A DNA stretch of 64,000 nucleotides from Candidatus Doudnabacteria bacterium. Lineage in GTDB: Bacteria; Patescibacteriota; Doudnabacteria; UBA920. The stretch is from NCBI GenBank assembly GCA_016218585.1, contig JACRDK010000006.1:1823-65822 (forward strand), given 5' to 3'. Shown here piece after piece: positions 18,234-27,760 of this stretch. The notes below the pieces were generated by a model that saw only the letters and a list, made by a program, of their open reading frames with translations, did no database searches and was not told where the DNA came from. How positions within the stretch are numbered: position 1 is the stretch's first letter; each line of letters begins with the position of its first letter. Position numbers and translations under genes: made by a program.

Positions 18234-21233
18234 ATGAGCAAGCTTCTGGAAAATCTAAATAAAGAGCAATTAGACGCGGTCAAGCACGGGCAAGGACCGC
18301 TTTTAATTGTAGCCGGAGCCGGAACCGGAAAAACCACGGTAATTACCAAACGCATTGCTTATTTAATTGAAGCGTGTTTTGCAAAACCGGACGAAATTTT
18401 AGCTTTAACTTTTACGGAAAAAGCCGCCGGGGAAATGCAGGAGAGGGTAGATTTGCTGCTTCCTTTGGGCTATCACGATATGTGGATTTCCACATTTCAC
18501 AGCTTCTGTGAAAGAATTTTGCAACAACACGGGCTAGATTTAGGCTTACCGGGAGACTTTAAACTTTTAAACGACACCAAGGCTTGGGTTTTAGTTCATA
18601 ACAACCTGGATAAATTCAATTTGAATTATTACAAACCCTTGGGCAATCCTAAAAAATTTATTTCCGCCCTGCTTAAACATTTTTCCCGCTGCAAAGATGA
18701 GCTTATAACTCCGGCTGCGTATTTGGAATATGCGGAGAGTTTAAAATTGGAGACCGACAATGCTGAAGGACTCTCCGGAAAGTCGGAAAGTCGGAAAGTC
18801 GGAAAACCAAAAAAATCCAAAACTCAAAACTCCGAGGCTCCGACTTCTGATTCTCCGATTCCCGACCCTTCCGAAATTCTCCGCATCCAGGAAATTGCCA
18901 ACGCCTACCACGTATATCAAAAATTGTTGCTCGACAATAATTATTTAGACTTTGGCGATCTGATAAATTATGCCCTGGAGCTTTTGCAAAAGCGCCCAAA
19001 AATCCTTGCTTTGTACCAAAAAAAGTTTAAATACTTAATGGTAGACGAATTTCAAGATACCAACTATGCCCAGTACCAATTGGTTAAAATTTTAGCCGGG
19101 CAGGCGGCCAATTTAACCGTGGTCGGGGACGACGACCAGTCAATTTACAAATTTCGCGGCGCCTCTGTTTCCAACATTTTAAAATTTCAGGAAGATTTTA
19201 GTTCAGCCAAACAAATTACCTTAGTCGAAAACTACCGCAGCACCCAGGAAATTTTAGACTTATCTTACGACTTTATTCAAGCCAACAATCCGGACCGCCT
19301 GGAGGTTAAATTAAAAATCGACAAAAAGCTCAAAAGCCAAGCCAAAGGTAAAAGCGTAATTGAGGTTTTGGAGGGCAAAGATTTAAGTGAGGAACTAAAT
19401 TCAATTGCAAAAAAAATTCTGGAAGTAAAGCAAGAGGTTCCTGCATCTACCTGGAATGACTTTGCTATTTTGTTAAGAAGCAATTCGGCTGCTGACGAGC
19501 TGTTGCCGATTTTGGCGCAATACAGCATTCCCCATACCTTTGTCGCCAACACCGGGCTGTATAAAAAACCGCTCATAGCGGACTTAATTGCATATTTTTC
19601 CTGCCTTGATAACTTTCACGATTCATTTGCGCTTTATCGGGTTTTGGGATTTAGCGAATTTAAGCTGCCACCGGAAGATTTAGCCAAGTTGCTTACCAAT
19701 TCAGCCAAAAAAACTTTAACGCTTTATGAAATTTTAGAAACCGCTGCGGCTTTCCCGGAAATTGGCTCGGGCAGCCAAAAGGTTATTCAAAAAATACTGG
19801 AAACTTTGCGCGCTCACGCAAAAATGGCTCAGGAAAAAAGCGCCAACGAAGTTTTCGTGGAAATAATTAAAGACTTAAAAATTGAACAGCTGCTGGAAGC
19901 GGACACCCTGGAAAATGCCGAAAACCGGGAATTACTAGAACAGTTTTACAAAAAAACCGAGACCTTTGTTCAGGAAAATTCAGACAAAAGCCTGCACTAT
20001 TTCCTATATTTGCTAAATATGGAAATTGAGGCGGGGGACGAAGGGCAAATTAAATTTGACCCTAATATGGGGCCGGAGAGCTTAAAAGTTCTAACTGTCC
20101 ACTCGGCAAAAGGCTTGGAATTTGAATATGTGTTTTTGCCTAATATGGTTGACCAACGTTTTCCCACCAGGGCCAGAGGCGACCAAATAGAAATTCCGCC
20201 AAAGCTAATTCAGGATATTTTGCCGGAAGGCGACTTTCACTTGCAGGAAGAGCGCCGCTTGTTTTACGTCGCGCTCACTCGCGCGAAAACCAGGCTATAT
20301 TTGTCGTGGGGCAAAGATTACGGCGGCGCCAAAACAAAAAAACCTTCCCTGTTCCTCCAAGAAACCAAATTAGTACCGGGGCTTATCACCAGCCAGGCAA
20401 CCGGAAAAGTTTTTTTCTCCAACTCAACGAAAAAAGACGTGGTCTTTAAAGTCTTGCCGGACAAATTCTCTTTTTCCGCCATCAAGGCCTTTGAAAATTG
20501 CCCGTTGCAATATAAATATCAATATTATTTAAAAATTCCGAGCCCCGGCAGCCCGTATTTTAGCTTTGGGCAGACTATGCACAAAGCATTTGAACTATAC
20601 TTAAAAGATTATCGCGGAAAATTAAACCAAAGCCAGCAGGATTTATTTTCTAAAAGCAAAACCGGCCAGGAATTGCCTCCTTTTAAGCTTTTAGAAGATC
20701 TATACGAAAAAAATTGGGTTGACGAATGGTACAAAAGCAAAAAACAAAAAGAAGATTACCGCAAAAGAGGCCGTGAGCTTCTAAAAACCTTCTATGGTTT
20801 TAGTTCGTTAAACCTGCCTAAGCCAAAATACTTAGAACAGTCTTTTTATTTGCCGCTCGGCCCTTATAAATTTACGGGAAAAATTGACCGCGCGGACGAA
20901 CTGCCGGAAGGGGGAATTGTTATTTTGGATTATAAGACCAGCGAAAAAATTCCCGACAAAAACGCCAAGGGCGATCTTGACCAGCTGTATATTTATCAAT
21001 GGGCAGCGGAAGAATTTTTAGGCGAAAAAGTGGGAAAAATGGCTTATTGGTATTTGCAGGATAATAAATTTTTGGAAGAAAACGTCGCCAGTAAGGATGA
21101 AATTGAAAAGCTCAAAGCCGGACTGTTGGAGATTATTGAAAAAATCGTTCATACTACCAAGTATGACCTGTTTAAAGAGCTGCACCAAAAAACCAAAGAA
21201 CATAACTGCCAATATGAAATGCTGGAAAGCTAA
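18234..21233 (+). CDS. UvrD/PcrA-family helicase with C-terminal PD-(D/E)XK nuclease domain
   Basis: AGAGTGKT, DEFQD, GDDDQSIY, HSAKGLEF, EERRLFYVALTRA, then FTGKIDRAD..ILDYKT..QLYIY. Start set at MSKLLE. Confidence 0.9.
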   Translation: MSKLLENLNKEQLDAVKHGQGPLLIVAGAGTGKTTVITKRIAYLIEACFAKPDEILALTFTEKAAGEMQERVDLLLPLGYHDMWISTFHSFCERILQQHGLDLGLPGDFKLLNDTKAWVLVHNNLDKFNLNYYKPLGNPKKFISALLKHFSRCKDELITPAAYLEYAESLKLETDNAEGLSGKSESRKVGKPKKSKTQNSEAPTSDSPIPDPSEILRIQEIANAYHVYQKLLLDNNYLDFGDLINYALELLQKRPKILALYQKKFKYLMVDEFQDTNYAQYQLVKILAGQAANLTVVGDDDQSIYKFRGASVSNILKFQEDFSSAKQITLVENYRSTQEILDLSYDFIQANNPDRLEVKLKIDKKLKSQAKGKSVIEVLEGKDLSEELNSIAKKILEVKQEVPASTWNDFAILLRSNSAADELLPILAQYSIPHTFVANTGLYKKPLIADLIAYFSCLDNFHDSFALYRVLGFSEFKLPPEDLAKLLTNSAKKTLTLYEILETAAAFPEIGSGSQKVIQKILETLRAHAKMAQEKSANEVFVEIIKDLKIEQLLEADTLENAENRELLEQFYKKTETFVQENSDKSLHYFLYLLNMEIEAGDEGQIKFDPNMGPESLKVLTVHSAKGLEFEYVFLPNMVDQRFPTRARGDQIEIPPKLIQDILPEGDFHLQEERRLFYVALTRAKTRLYLSWGKDYGGAKTKKPSLFLQETKLVPGLITSQATGKVFFSNSTKKDVVFKVLPDKFSFSAIKAFENCPLQYKYQYYLKIPSPGSPYFSFGQTMHKAFELYLKDYRGKLNQSQQDLFSKSKTGQELPPFKLLEDLYEKNWVDEWYKSKKQKEDYRKRGRELLKTFYGFSSLNLPKPKYLEQSFYLPLGPYKFTGKIDRADELPEGGIVILDYKTSEKIPDKNAKGDLDQLYIYQWAAEEFLGEKVGKMAYWYLQDNKFLEENVASKDEIEKLKAGLLEIIEKIVHTTKYDLFKELHQKTKEHNCQYEMLES

Positions 21234-21261
21234 TATAAAATAACGTGAGTCTAGAAACCTC

Positions 21262-21358
21262 TGTCATCCCGGAATCCCGATTTATCGGGATATCCGGGAT
21301 CCAGAACTTGGCTTAAATACTGGATCCCGGGTCTCAGATGCATTCGCCCGGGATGACA
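21262..21358. repeat. Palindromic repeat element (TGTCATCCCGG...CCGGGATGACA)
   Basis: 11-bp terminal inverted repeat, inner GGGATCCAG/CTGGATCCC and ATCCCGATTTATCGGGAT hairpins. Confidence 0.75.
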
Positions 21359-21426
21359 CAGTAAGGGTTTTTGGGTTCATGTTTAGAATAACTTTCCCAA
21401 ACAGCGAAAAATGTGGTATAATTTTT

Positions 21427-21801
21427 ATGTCAAATAAGCCAAAACAACATTTATTTTTAATTGGTTTCAGCACATTGCTAACGGCTTTCTCGCTGGCATC
21501 TATTATTAATTTTACCGATCCGCAAACCGCTTCGTTTTTAACATTCTCTTTTTTTTATATTAGTTTGTTTTTAATGTCGCTTGGTTTATTTACCCTAATT
21601 GGACTGCTAATAAGGCAGCAAATTAACCCCGGGCATTACATAGCAAATTTGAGCAACAGTTTCCGGCAAGCGCTTCTGCTGTCTCTGCTTATTACCATTT
21701 CCATGGTTTTGCTTTCAAAACAATTGCTCTTTTGGTGGATTGAATTAACATTAATATTATTTTTTTCATTTATTGAGGCCTTGCTCAATTTAAAAATCTA
21801 A
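21427..21801 (+). CDS. Hypothetical 4-TM membrane protein
   Basis: Hydrophobic helices and SFRQALL. Start MSNK directly after TGGTATAAT. Confidence 0.7.
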   Translation: MSNKPKQHLFLIGFSTLLTAFSLASIINFTDPQTASFLTFSFFYISLFLMSLGLFTLIGLLIRQQINPGHYIANLSNSFRQALLLSLLITISMVLLSKQLLFWWIELTLILFFSFIEALLNLKI

Positions 21802-21811
21802 AACAAAAAAA

Positions 21812-23299
21812 ATGGACTTAAATTTAACCCCAAAAAGCCCCGGTTTGCCCGGCCAAAACCCCGCCCCTTCTGACCCAACGCAAGCAAAAGAAAACGAACA
21901 GCAGGAAGGCGAGGAATATTTATTTTTTAATGTGATGCCAAAAAATAAAAGCAAGGAAAATATTGTGGAACCATCGGTAAAAATTGCGGAGCAGGTAAAA
22001 GAGCCAAACAAGTCAGGGGAGTTTTTTAAAAAATACCGCCTATACATAATTGGCGTCGTCGCGCTTTTAATATTGGCTCCATTAGTTTATTTTTTAATTG
22101 GTAAATTTGGCGGGGGAAGCGGGGAGAGCGACATTAAAATAAATACGCCTCCTCCAAAAATTAAAAATACAAGCACATCGACCCCCTTAAACTCCGAAAA
22201 CACAACAACCCCTCAGGAATGGCGCGATAAATATTTTACCGGCTGCCAAGACGAGAAAATTTGCGGCGACGCAGCAGACCCGGACCACGACGGTTTAACC
22301 AACATTCAGGAAAACAGCCTGACCACCGACCCAAATAACCCGGATTCAGACCAGGATGGACTGTCTGACGGCGATGAAGTAAATGTTTTTGGCAGCAGCC
22401 CTTCAAACAGCCATACGGGGAGAGACAGAAACTACAACGATGCTGATTACATTAAAGGAGCTTTTGACTTTTCCTCGGACAAAAGTTTGAGCCGCGAACA
22501 AATTGCTGCTCTTTCGGCAAAAATGACCCAGTTCGGCTTGCACACAACTACCATAACCACTTTGGGGGACATTCTTTTAAAGACCTATAATTTTAATGGA
22601 CAGGGGGATTCAAGCGGCAATGCAACAACCACTCCCGCAAGCGGAACAGCAACATCAACCATTAGCGGTTTTGATATGTCGGTGGAAGCAAAACAGGACA
22701 GAGACACCCAACGGTCAAGCACAATAAAAAATATTGAAAGCGCACTTGTAAAGTACTACACGGACAATAAAGCTTACCCGGCCTCCGCAAACTTTTCCGA
22801 TATGTTTCAAAAAGTTAAGCCCTACTTAAAAGTTGCCACCAATGCGCTAGACCCAATTAACCAAGACCCTTTTATTTACGGTTATGCGTCATCCAATAAC
22901 GGAGCGGACTTTACTTTGTCATTTTTCAGCGAAGTTGCCAACCAAATTATAAAAAAGCATGGGGCTGATGCACAAAAAGATTCGGCCGTCGAACAATCCG
23001 GAATTTATGACGACCAAAGGCAGAATGACTTAGAGAGCATTAGAACGGCATTGTTGCTTTACTCAAATAAAAATGTAGCGGGAACCCAGGATTATGTTTT
23101 TCCCAGCGTAGAAAAATATAAAACCGCGTTGGTGCCTGAATTTATTTCCGCTATTCCAAAAGACCCAAAAACCGGACAGGATTACGAATATAAGGTTTCG
23201 GACACATTTAACACCTTTACATTAAAAGCAGCCCTAGACAACGCCCCGAGCGGAACAAGCGGCTACTTGTGTAACCAGGAAGATTGCCGCAATTATTAA
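21812..23299 (+). CDS. Membrane-anchored surface protein with Ca-binding DxDxDG repeats and two GspG/pilin-like domains
   Basis: TM helix, DPDHDGLTN/DSDQDGLSDGDE, RDTQRSSTIKNIESALVKYY..YP and DDQRQNDLESIRTALLLY..FP..IPKDP. Confidence 0.7.
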   Translation: MDLNLTPKSPGLPGQNPAPSDPTQAKENEQQEGEEYLFFNVMPKNKSKENIVEPSVKIAEQVKEPNKSGEFFKKYRLYIIGVVALLILAPLVYFLIGKFGGGSGESDIKINTPPPKIKNTSTSTPLNSENTTTPQEWRDKYFTGCQDEKICGDAADPDHDGLTNIQENSLTTDPNNPDSDQDGLSDGDEVNVFGSSPSNSHTGRDRNYNDADYIKGAFDFSSDKSLSREQIAALSAKMTQFGLHTTTITTLGDILLKTYNFNGQGDSSGNATTTPASGTATSTISGFDMSVEAKQDRDTQRSSTIKNIESALVKYYTDNKAYPASANFSDMFQKVKPYLKVATNALDPINQDPFIYGYASSNNGADFTLSFFSEVANQIIKKHGADAQKDSAVEQSGIYDDQRQNDLESIRTALLLYSNKNVAGTQDYVFPSVEKYKTALVPEFISAIPKDPKTGQDYEYKVSDTFNTFTLKAALDNAPSGTSGYLCNQEDCRNY

Positions 23300-23309
23300 G
23301 CACCCAATT

Positions 23310-23395
23310 TTTACTAAATACTAATTTTATACCAATATACCAATCCTGTGCTTCTGTGCCCATTAGTATATTAGTAGAGATTGGTATTTAGTAAA
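23310..23395. repeat. Two-arm tandem/inverted repeat spacer
   Basis: TTTACTAAATACTAATTTTATACCAATATACCAAT vs ATTAGTATATTAGTAGAGATTGGTATTTAGTAAA. Confidence 0.75.
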
Positions 23396-23410
23396 GAGAG
23401 CTAATTATTT

Positions 23411-23836
23411 ATGAATTTTTTTAAACAATTTTTTTCTTTTAAGTCAAAAAATACTTTTACCACGCAACCGCTAATTATCGCTGCTAAGGTTATTGCCATA
23501 GAAAAACATCCCAACGCCGACCGCCTAAGAATAATCAAGCTGGATGGCGGAGGCAAAGAAATATATCCGGTAGTTTGCGGGGCATTTAATTTTAGCGAAG
23601 GCGCCATGGTAATCTTGGCCTTGCCCGGAGCGACAATTGCCCAAAATATTCATTCTGAAACTCATGAACCGTTCACTTTAGAAAAAGCAAAGATTCGCGG
23701 GACAACCAGCGAGGGCATGGTTTGCGCGGCCTTTGAACTAGGCCTTTCAAGCGAACCGGGACAGGGAATTGCCCTGCTTAAAGACAATGTAGAGCCAGGC
23801 AGCCAATTTACCCCTGAGATGATTAAAGCCTTGTAA
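23411..23836 (+). CDS. Stand-alone tRNA-binding OB domain (PheT B2-like)
   Basis: EKHPNADRL, VVCGAFN, IRGTTSEGMVCAAFELGL. Confidence 0.82.
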   Translation: MNFFKQFFSFKSKNTFTTQPLIIAAKVIAIEKHPNADRLRIIKLDGGGKEIYPVVCGAFNFSEGAMVILALPGATIAQNIHSETHEPFTLEKAKIRGTTSEGMVCAAFELGLSSEPGQGIALLKDNVEPGSQFTPEMIKAL

Positions 23837-23894
23837 AAAAGGCTTTTTTAGAATAAAATTACATCACTAATTAAGTTAATTTAAGCTGACAGAT

Positions 23895-25037
23895 ATGAAA
23901 GAACAAATTGTTATAAATACGGATGAAGAAAAACGTTTAAGGGGAGAGTTGGAAAAAAGAACCGACTTTGAAGCCCAAAGAATTAGGCGCTACTTGAGCA
24001 TGCCAGACCTCTCTCGCACCCCCGAAAGCCCAATTGCGGAAATTGTTAAAAGGATTTTAAACAGCCCGTATTTTAAAGATTTAGACACAATTCAAATTCC
24101 GGAAATAGTCCCGGCCGATATTAGCTTTGATTTATTTGACTTTGCCCCGGACCATCCGGCTAGAAGCAAGTCTGATACCTACTACGTTGATGACAAAAAC
24201 ATTCTCCGCACCCACACCACGGTTATGTGGTATTACTACTTGCAAAACGAGGAAGTAAAAAAACGCATAGCCAACAACGAAGCTGTCGGAAGTTTTTGTT
24301 TTGGCAAAGTTTATCGCAAAGATGAAATCGACAGAAAGCATATGAACGTTTTTCACCAGATTGACGGTTGGTATTTAGCGCCAAAATCTTTAAAGACCAT
24401 TACCCAGACCGACCTGGAAGAATCTTTAGGCAACATTGCCAAAGCCGTTTTCGGAGAAAACGTAAAGTACCGCTTAAACAAAGATACTTTCCCGTACACG
24501 GACCCTTCCTTAGAAATGGAAGTAGACATTAACGGCAGCTGGGTTGAAGTTGTCGGATGCGGCGTGGTGAAGGGAAGCGTGCTGGAAAAATTAGGAGTTG
24601 ATTCCAAAAATTATACCGGCTGGGCATTTGGTTTTGGCTTGGAGCGCTTGGCAATAACCAGTATGGAACTTCCGGATATCCGCCTGCTCTGGTCAGACGA
24701 CGAGCGCGTAAAAAAACAACTGGTCTTAGGACAAAAATTTGTGGAAGTTAGCAAGTATCCTCCAATTACCCGAGACATTTCTTTTATTGTAGACAATTCA
24801 TTCGTGCCAAATAATTATTTCGATTTAATTAGAGAAATTGGCGGTGACTTAATTGAACAAGTTGAGCTGCTGGATAAATATGAAAATAAAGAAAAGTTTG
24901 GCGAAGGAAAAGTAAGCTACACTTACCGGGTAGTCTACCGCAGCACCGACAGAACCCTAAAAACAGAGGAAGTAGACCCCCTGCAAAGCAAGCTCTATGA
25001 AGAAACAAAAAGCATTTATAATGCTCAATTAAGATAG
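23895..25037 (+). CDS. pheS: Phenylalanyl-tRNA synthetase, monomeric type (catalytic domain + FDX-ACB)
   Basis: DHPARSKSDTYY, LRTHTT, FPYTDPSLE, GWAFGFGLERLA, C-terminal YPPITRDISF..YRSTDRTL. Confidence 0.9.
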   Translation: MKEQIVINTDEEKRLRGELEKRTDFEAQRIRRYLSMPDLSRTPESPIAEIVKRILNSPYFKDLDTIQIPEIVPADISFDLFDFAPDHPARSKSDTYYVDDKNILRTHTTVMWYYYLQNEEVKKRIANNEAVGSFCFGKVYRKDEIDRKHMNVFHQIDGWYLAPKSLKTITQTDLEESLGNIAKAVFGENVKYRLNKDTFPYTDPSLEMEVDINGSWVEVVGCGVVKGSVLEKLGVDSKNYTGWAFGFGLERLAITSMELPDIRLLWSDDERVKKQLVLGQKFVEVSKYPPITRDISFIVDNSFVPNNYFDLIREIGGDLIEQVELLDKYENKEKFGEGKVSYTYRVVYRSTDRTLKTEEVDPLQSKLYEETKSIYNAQLR

Positions 25038-25063
25038 TAAATTGTTGATAACTTTTTATAACA

Positions 25064-25091
25064 AAAATCCCTTTTAATTAAAAGGGATTTT
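25064..25091 (+). terminator. Intrinsic terminator
   Basis: AAAATCCCTTTTAATTAAAAGGGATTTT. Confidence 0.6.
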
Positions 25092-25123
25092 GTTATTAGA
25101 GCACTAGTAAAAATTGCTGAAAT

Positions 25124-25429
25124 ATGATAAAATATAAGCATATGTCATTAGCAGAATTTGAGCGAAAATACGATCCAATTGACCGGCTCTCACAGCTTCT
25201 TCTAGACAGTAAAAAGGCCCCTGAAGGACTGATTGGGAGCCCTGATTCTGATTTAGAAGCAGCGGCGGCCGTAAAAGACATTACTCACAGGGCACTGGAA
25301 CTGGTAGGAGAAATACAAAAAAATTTTCCCACTGACTATAAAGACAAAATTTTATCTTTACTAGAAGCTAACGAACACAATACACCTAAAATTTTATCCT
25401 CAATTATTAAGAACGAATTAAATAAATGA
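25124..25429 (+). CDS. Hypothetical protein
   Basis: 101-aa ORF overlapping the gyrB start. Confidence 0.5.
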   Translation: MIKYKHMSLAEFERKYDPIDRLSQLLLDSKKAPEGLIGSPDSDLEAAAAVKDITHRALELVGEIQKNFPTDYKDKILSLLEANEHNTPKILSSIIKNELNK

Positions 25430-27474
25430 CCAAAGAAGAGAAGAACAAAAAATCCAATAGCTATACAGCTGAAAATATTACTGTACTTGAAGGCCTTGAG
25501 CCTGTCCGTAAGCGCCCGGGAATGTACATTGGGTCAACTTCCGTAACCGGACTGCACCACTTAGTATGGGAAATAGTAGACAACTCGGTAGACGAAGCCA
25601 TGGCTGGGCACGCGGACAAAGTTTGGGTGCTTATGCAAAAAGACGGCGGAGTAAGCGTTCTGGATAACGGGCGCGGAATTCCGGTTGATGTTCACAAAAC
25701 CACCAAAAAATCCGGTTTGGAAACCGTACTAACCGTGCTGCATGCCGGAGGAAAATTTGGCGGGGAAGCATCCGGCTATAAAGTATCCGGCGGTCTTCAT
25801 GGCGTGGGTGCCAGCGTGGTTAACGCGCTTTCCACAAAATTAGTAGCCCAGGTTTACAAGGACGGAAAAATTTACGAACAAAGCTATAAAATTGGAAAGC
25901 CCCAGGGACAAATAAAAGTAGTCGGCAAACTAGACAAAGACGAACCAATTCAGCACGGCACCAGAATTACTTTTTATCCGGACGACACGATTTTTGAAAC
26001 CGTTAAATTTAATTTTAAAACCATTCTGGAACATTTGCGCAGCCAGGCTTATTTAACCAAGGGCTTGCATTTTGTAATTACCGACGAAGCAGAAGGCCTA
26101 ACCTATCAATATTTCTTTGAAGGCGGAATTTTAAGCTACCTTAAACAGTTTAACCGCAACAAAAAAACCAAATCACAGGCAGTTTATATTGCCAAACAGG
26201 TTGGGGACGTTGCTTTGGAAGTCGCCATCCAGTACACCGACGACTTTGAGGAACGCATTTTATCTTACGCTAACAATGTTTACACTCCCGAGGGCGGTAT
26301 GCACGTAACCGGTTTCCGTACCGCGTTAACCAGAGTTATTAATTCTTACGCGACTAAAAATAATTACGTAAAGGAAAGCGAAAAACTAACAGGTGAAGAT
26401 ATGCGCGAAGGACTTTCGGCAATTATTTCCGTTAAGCTTCCTAACCCGCAATTTGAAGGACAGACCAAGGCCAAGCTAGGCAACCCGGAAGTAAGAACCG
26501 CAGCCGAAGCCGTAGTTGGCGAGGCTTTAGAAATTTATTTGGAAGAACATCCGCAGGAAGCCGGAAAAATTATTGAAAAAGTTATTTTGGCCGCCAAAGC
26601 CAGAATGGCAGCCAGAGCAGCCAGAGATTCCGTAATCCGCAAAGGCGTATTGGAAGGTTTGGCGCTGCCCGGAAAATTAGCCGACTGTTCCGAATCAGAT
26701 CCGGCGAAATGCGAAATGTATATTGTTGAGGGAGAAAGCGCCGGCGGTACCGCCAAACAAGGGCGCGACCGACGTTTCCAGGCCATTCTTTCTATGCGCG
26801 GTAAAATTTTAAACGTGGAAAGAGCCAGAATGGACAGAATGCTGGCTAACCAAGAAATTAAAAATATTATTATTGCTCTCGGCGCAGGCATTGGCGAAAT
26901 GTTCGACGTAGCTAAATTGCGTTATCACCGCATTGTAATTATGACCGATGCCGACGTAGACGGTTCTCACATCCGCACTCTTTTGCTCACTTTGTTTTAC
27001 CGCTACTTCCCGGATATTATAAAAAACGGCTACGTTTATATTGCCCAGCCGCCGCTATTTAAAGTTCAAGTTGGCCGGGATGCCAAATACGCTTTCTCTG
27101 ACGACCAGCGCGACGAAGTCTTAAAAGAATTGGTTAAGGCGGCAAAAGAAAAGAAGGCCGCCAACAAAAAAGCCAAAGGTGAAACCGAAAGCCCGGACAA
27201 CCAGGCCGAGGTTTCTACTGTGGAGGAAACAACCGGCGGAAATATAGACGGCATTAAATATAGCATCCAGCGCTACAAAGGTTTGGGTGAAATGAATGCC
27301 GAGCAGCTTTGGGAAACAACTATGGATCCGGCCGCCAGAGTTATGCTTCAGGTAAATATTAAAGACGCGGAAAAAGTTTCGGAAATTTTTGAAATTTTAA
27401 TGGGCGATGAAGTAGCCCCGCGCAAACGCTTTATTACCACCCACGCTAAAGCTGTCAAGAATTTAGACATCTAA
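25426..27474 (+). CDS. gyrB: DNA gyrase subunit B
   Basis: VRKRPGMYIG, GLHGVGASVVNALS, EGESAGG, TDADVDGSHI, QRYKGLGEMN, KNLDI end. Confidence 0.96.
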   Translation: MTKEEKNKKSNSYTAENITVLEGLEPVRKRPGMYIGSTSVTGLHHLVWEIVDNSVDEAMAGHADKVWVLMQKDGGVSVLDNGRGIPVDVHKTTKKSGLETVLTVLHAGGKFGGEASGYKVSGGLHGVGASVVNALSTKLVAQVYKDGKIYEQSYKIGKPQGQIKVVGKLDKDEPIQHGTRITFYPDDTIFETVKFNFKTILEHLRSQAYLTKGLHFVITDEAEGLTYQYFFEGGILSYLKQFNRNKKTKSQAVYIAKQVGDVALEVAIQYTDDFEERILSYANNVYTPEGGMHVTGFRTALTRVINSYATKNNYVKESEKLTGEDMREGLSAIISVKLPNPQFEGQTKAKLGNPEVRTAAEAVVGEALEIYLEEHPQEAGKIIEKVILAAKARMAARAARDSVIRKGVLEGLALPGKLADCSESDPAKCEMYIVEGESAGGTAKQGRDRRFQAILSMRGKILNVERARMDRMLANQEIKNIIIALGAGIGEMFDVAKLRYHRIVIMTDADVDGSHIRTLLLTLFYRYFPDIIKNGYVYIAQPPLFKVQVGRDAKYAFSDDQRDEVLKELVKAAKEKKAANKKAKGETESPDNQAEVSTVEETTGGNIDGIKYSIQRYKGLGEMNAEQLWETTMDPAARVMLQVNIKDAEKVSEIFEILMGDEVAPRKRFITTHAKAVKNLDI

Positions 27475-27602
27475 ATTCTTGACCCTAAGCTTGCCGGACG
27501 AGTAAAAAACTTGAATATATAATTGGGAGAATTAAGAATACTGAATTAAGAATAAAGGATACTGATAACAGATAGGGAAGTGCCAATAAATCTGTATAAA
27601 GA

Positions 27603-27631
27603 TTGACACGGACTAAATTTTCCATTAACAT
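27603..27631 (+). promoter_or_regulatory. Sigma70 promoter for greA
   Basis: TTGACA-17 nt-TAACAT. Confidence 0.55.
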
Positions 27632-27712
27632 ATACGCAGTCTAATAAATCTTACGAAGTACCAAATAGATAAGAATGTACGAAGCGTCTATCTGTTTTAT
27701 TTCGTAAATCCG

Positions 27713-27732
27713 CCTGCCTACCGGCAGGTAGG
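27713..27732. repeat. 20-bp palindromic element within repeat arm
   Basis: CCTGCCTACCGGCAGGTAGG. Confidence 0.75.
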
Positions 27733-27760
27733 TAATAATTCGTACTTCGTAAATAAACCT

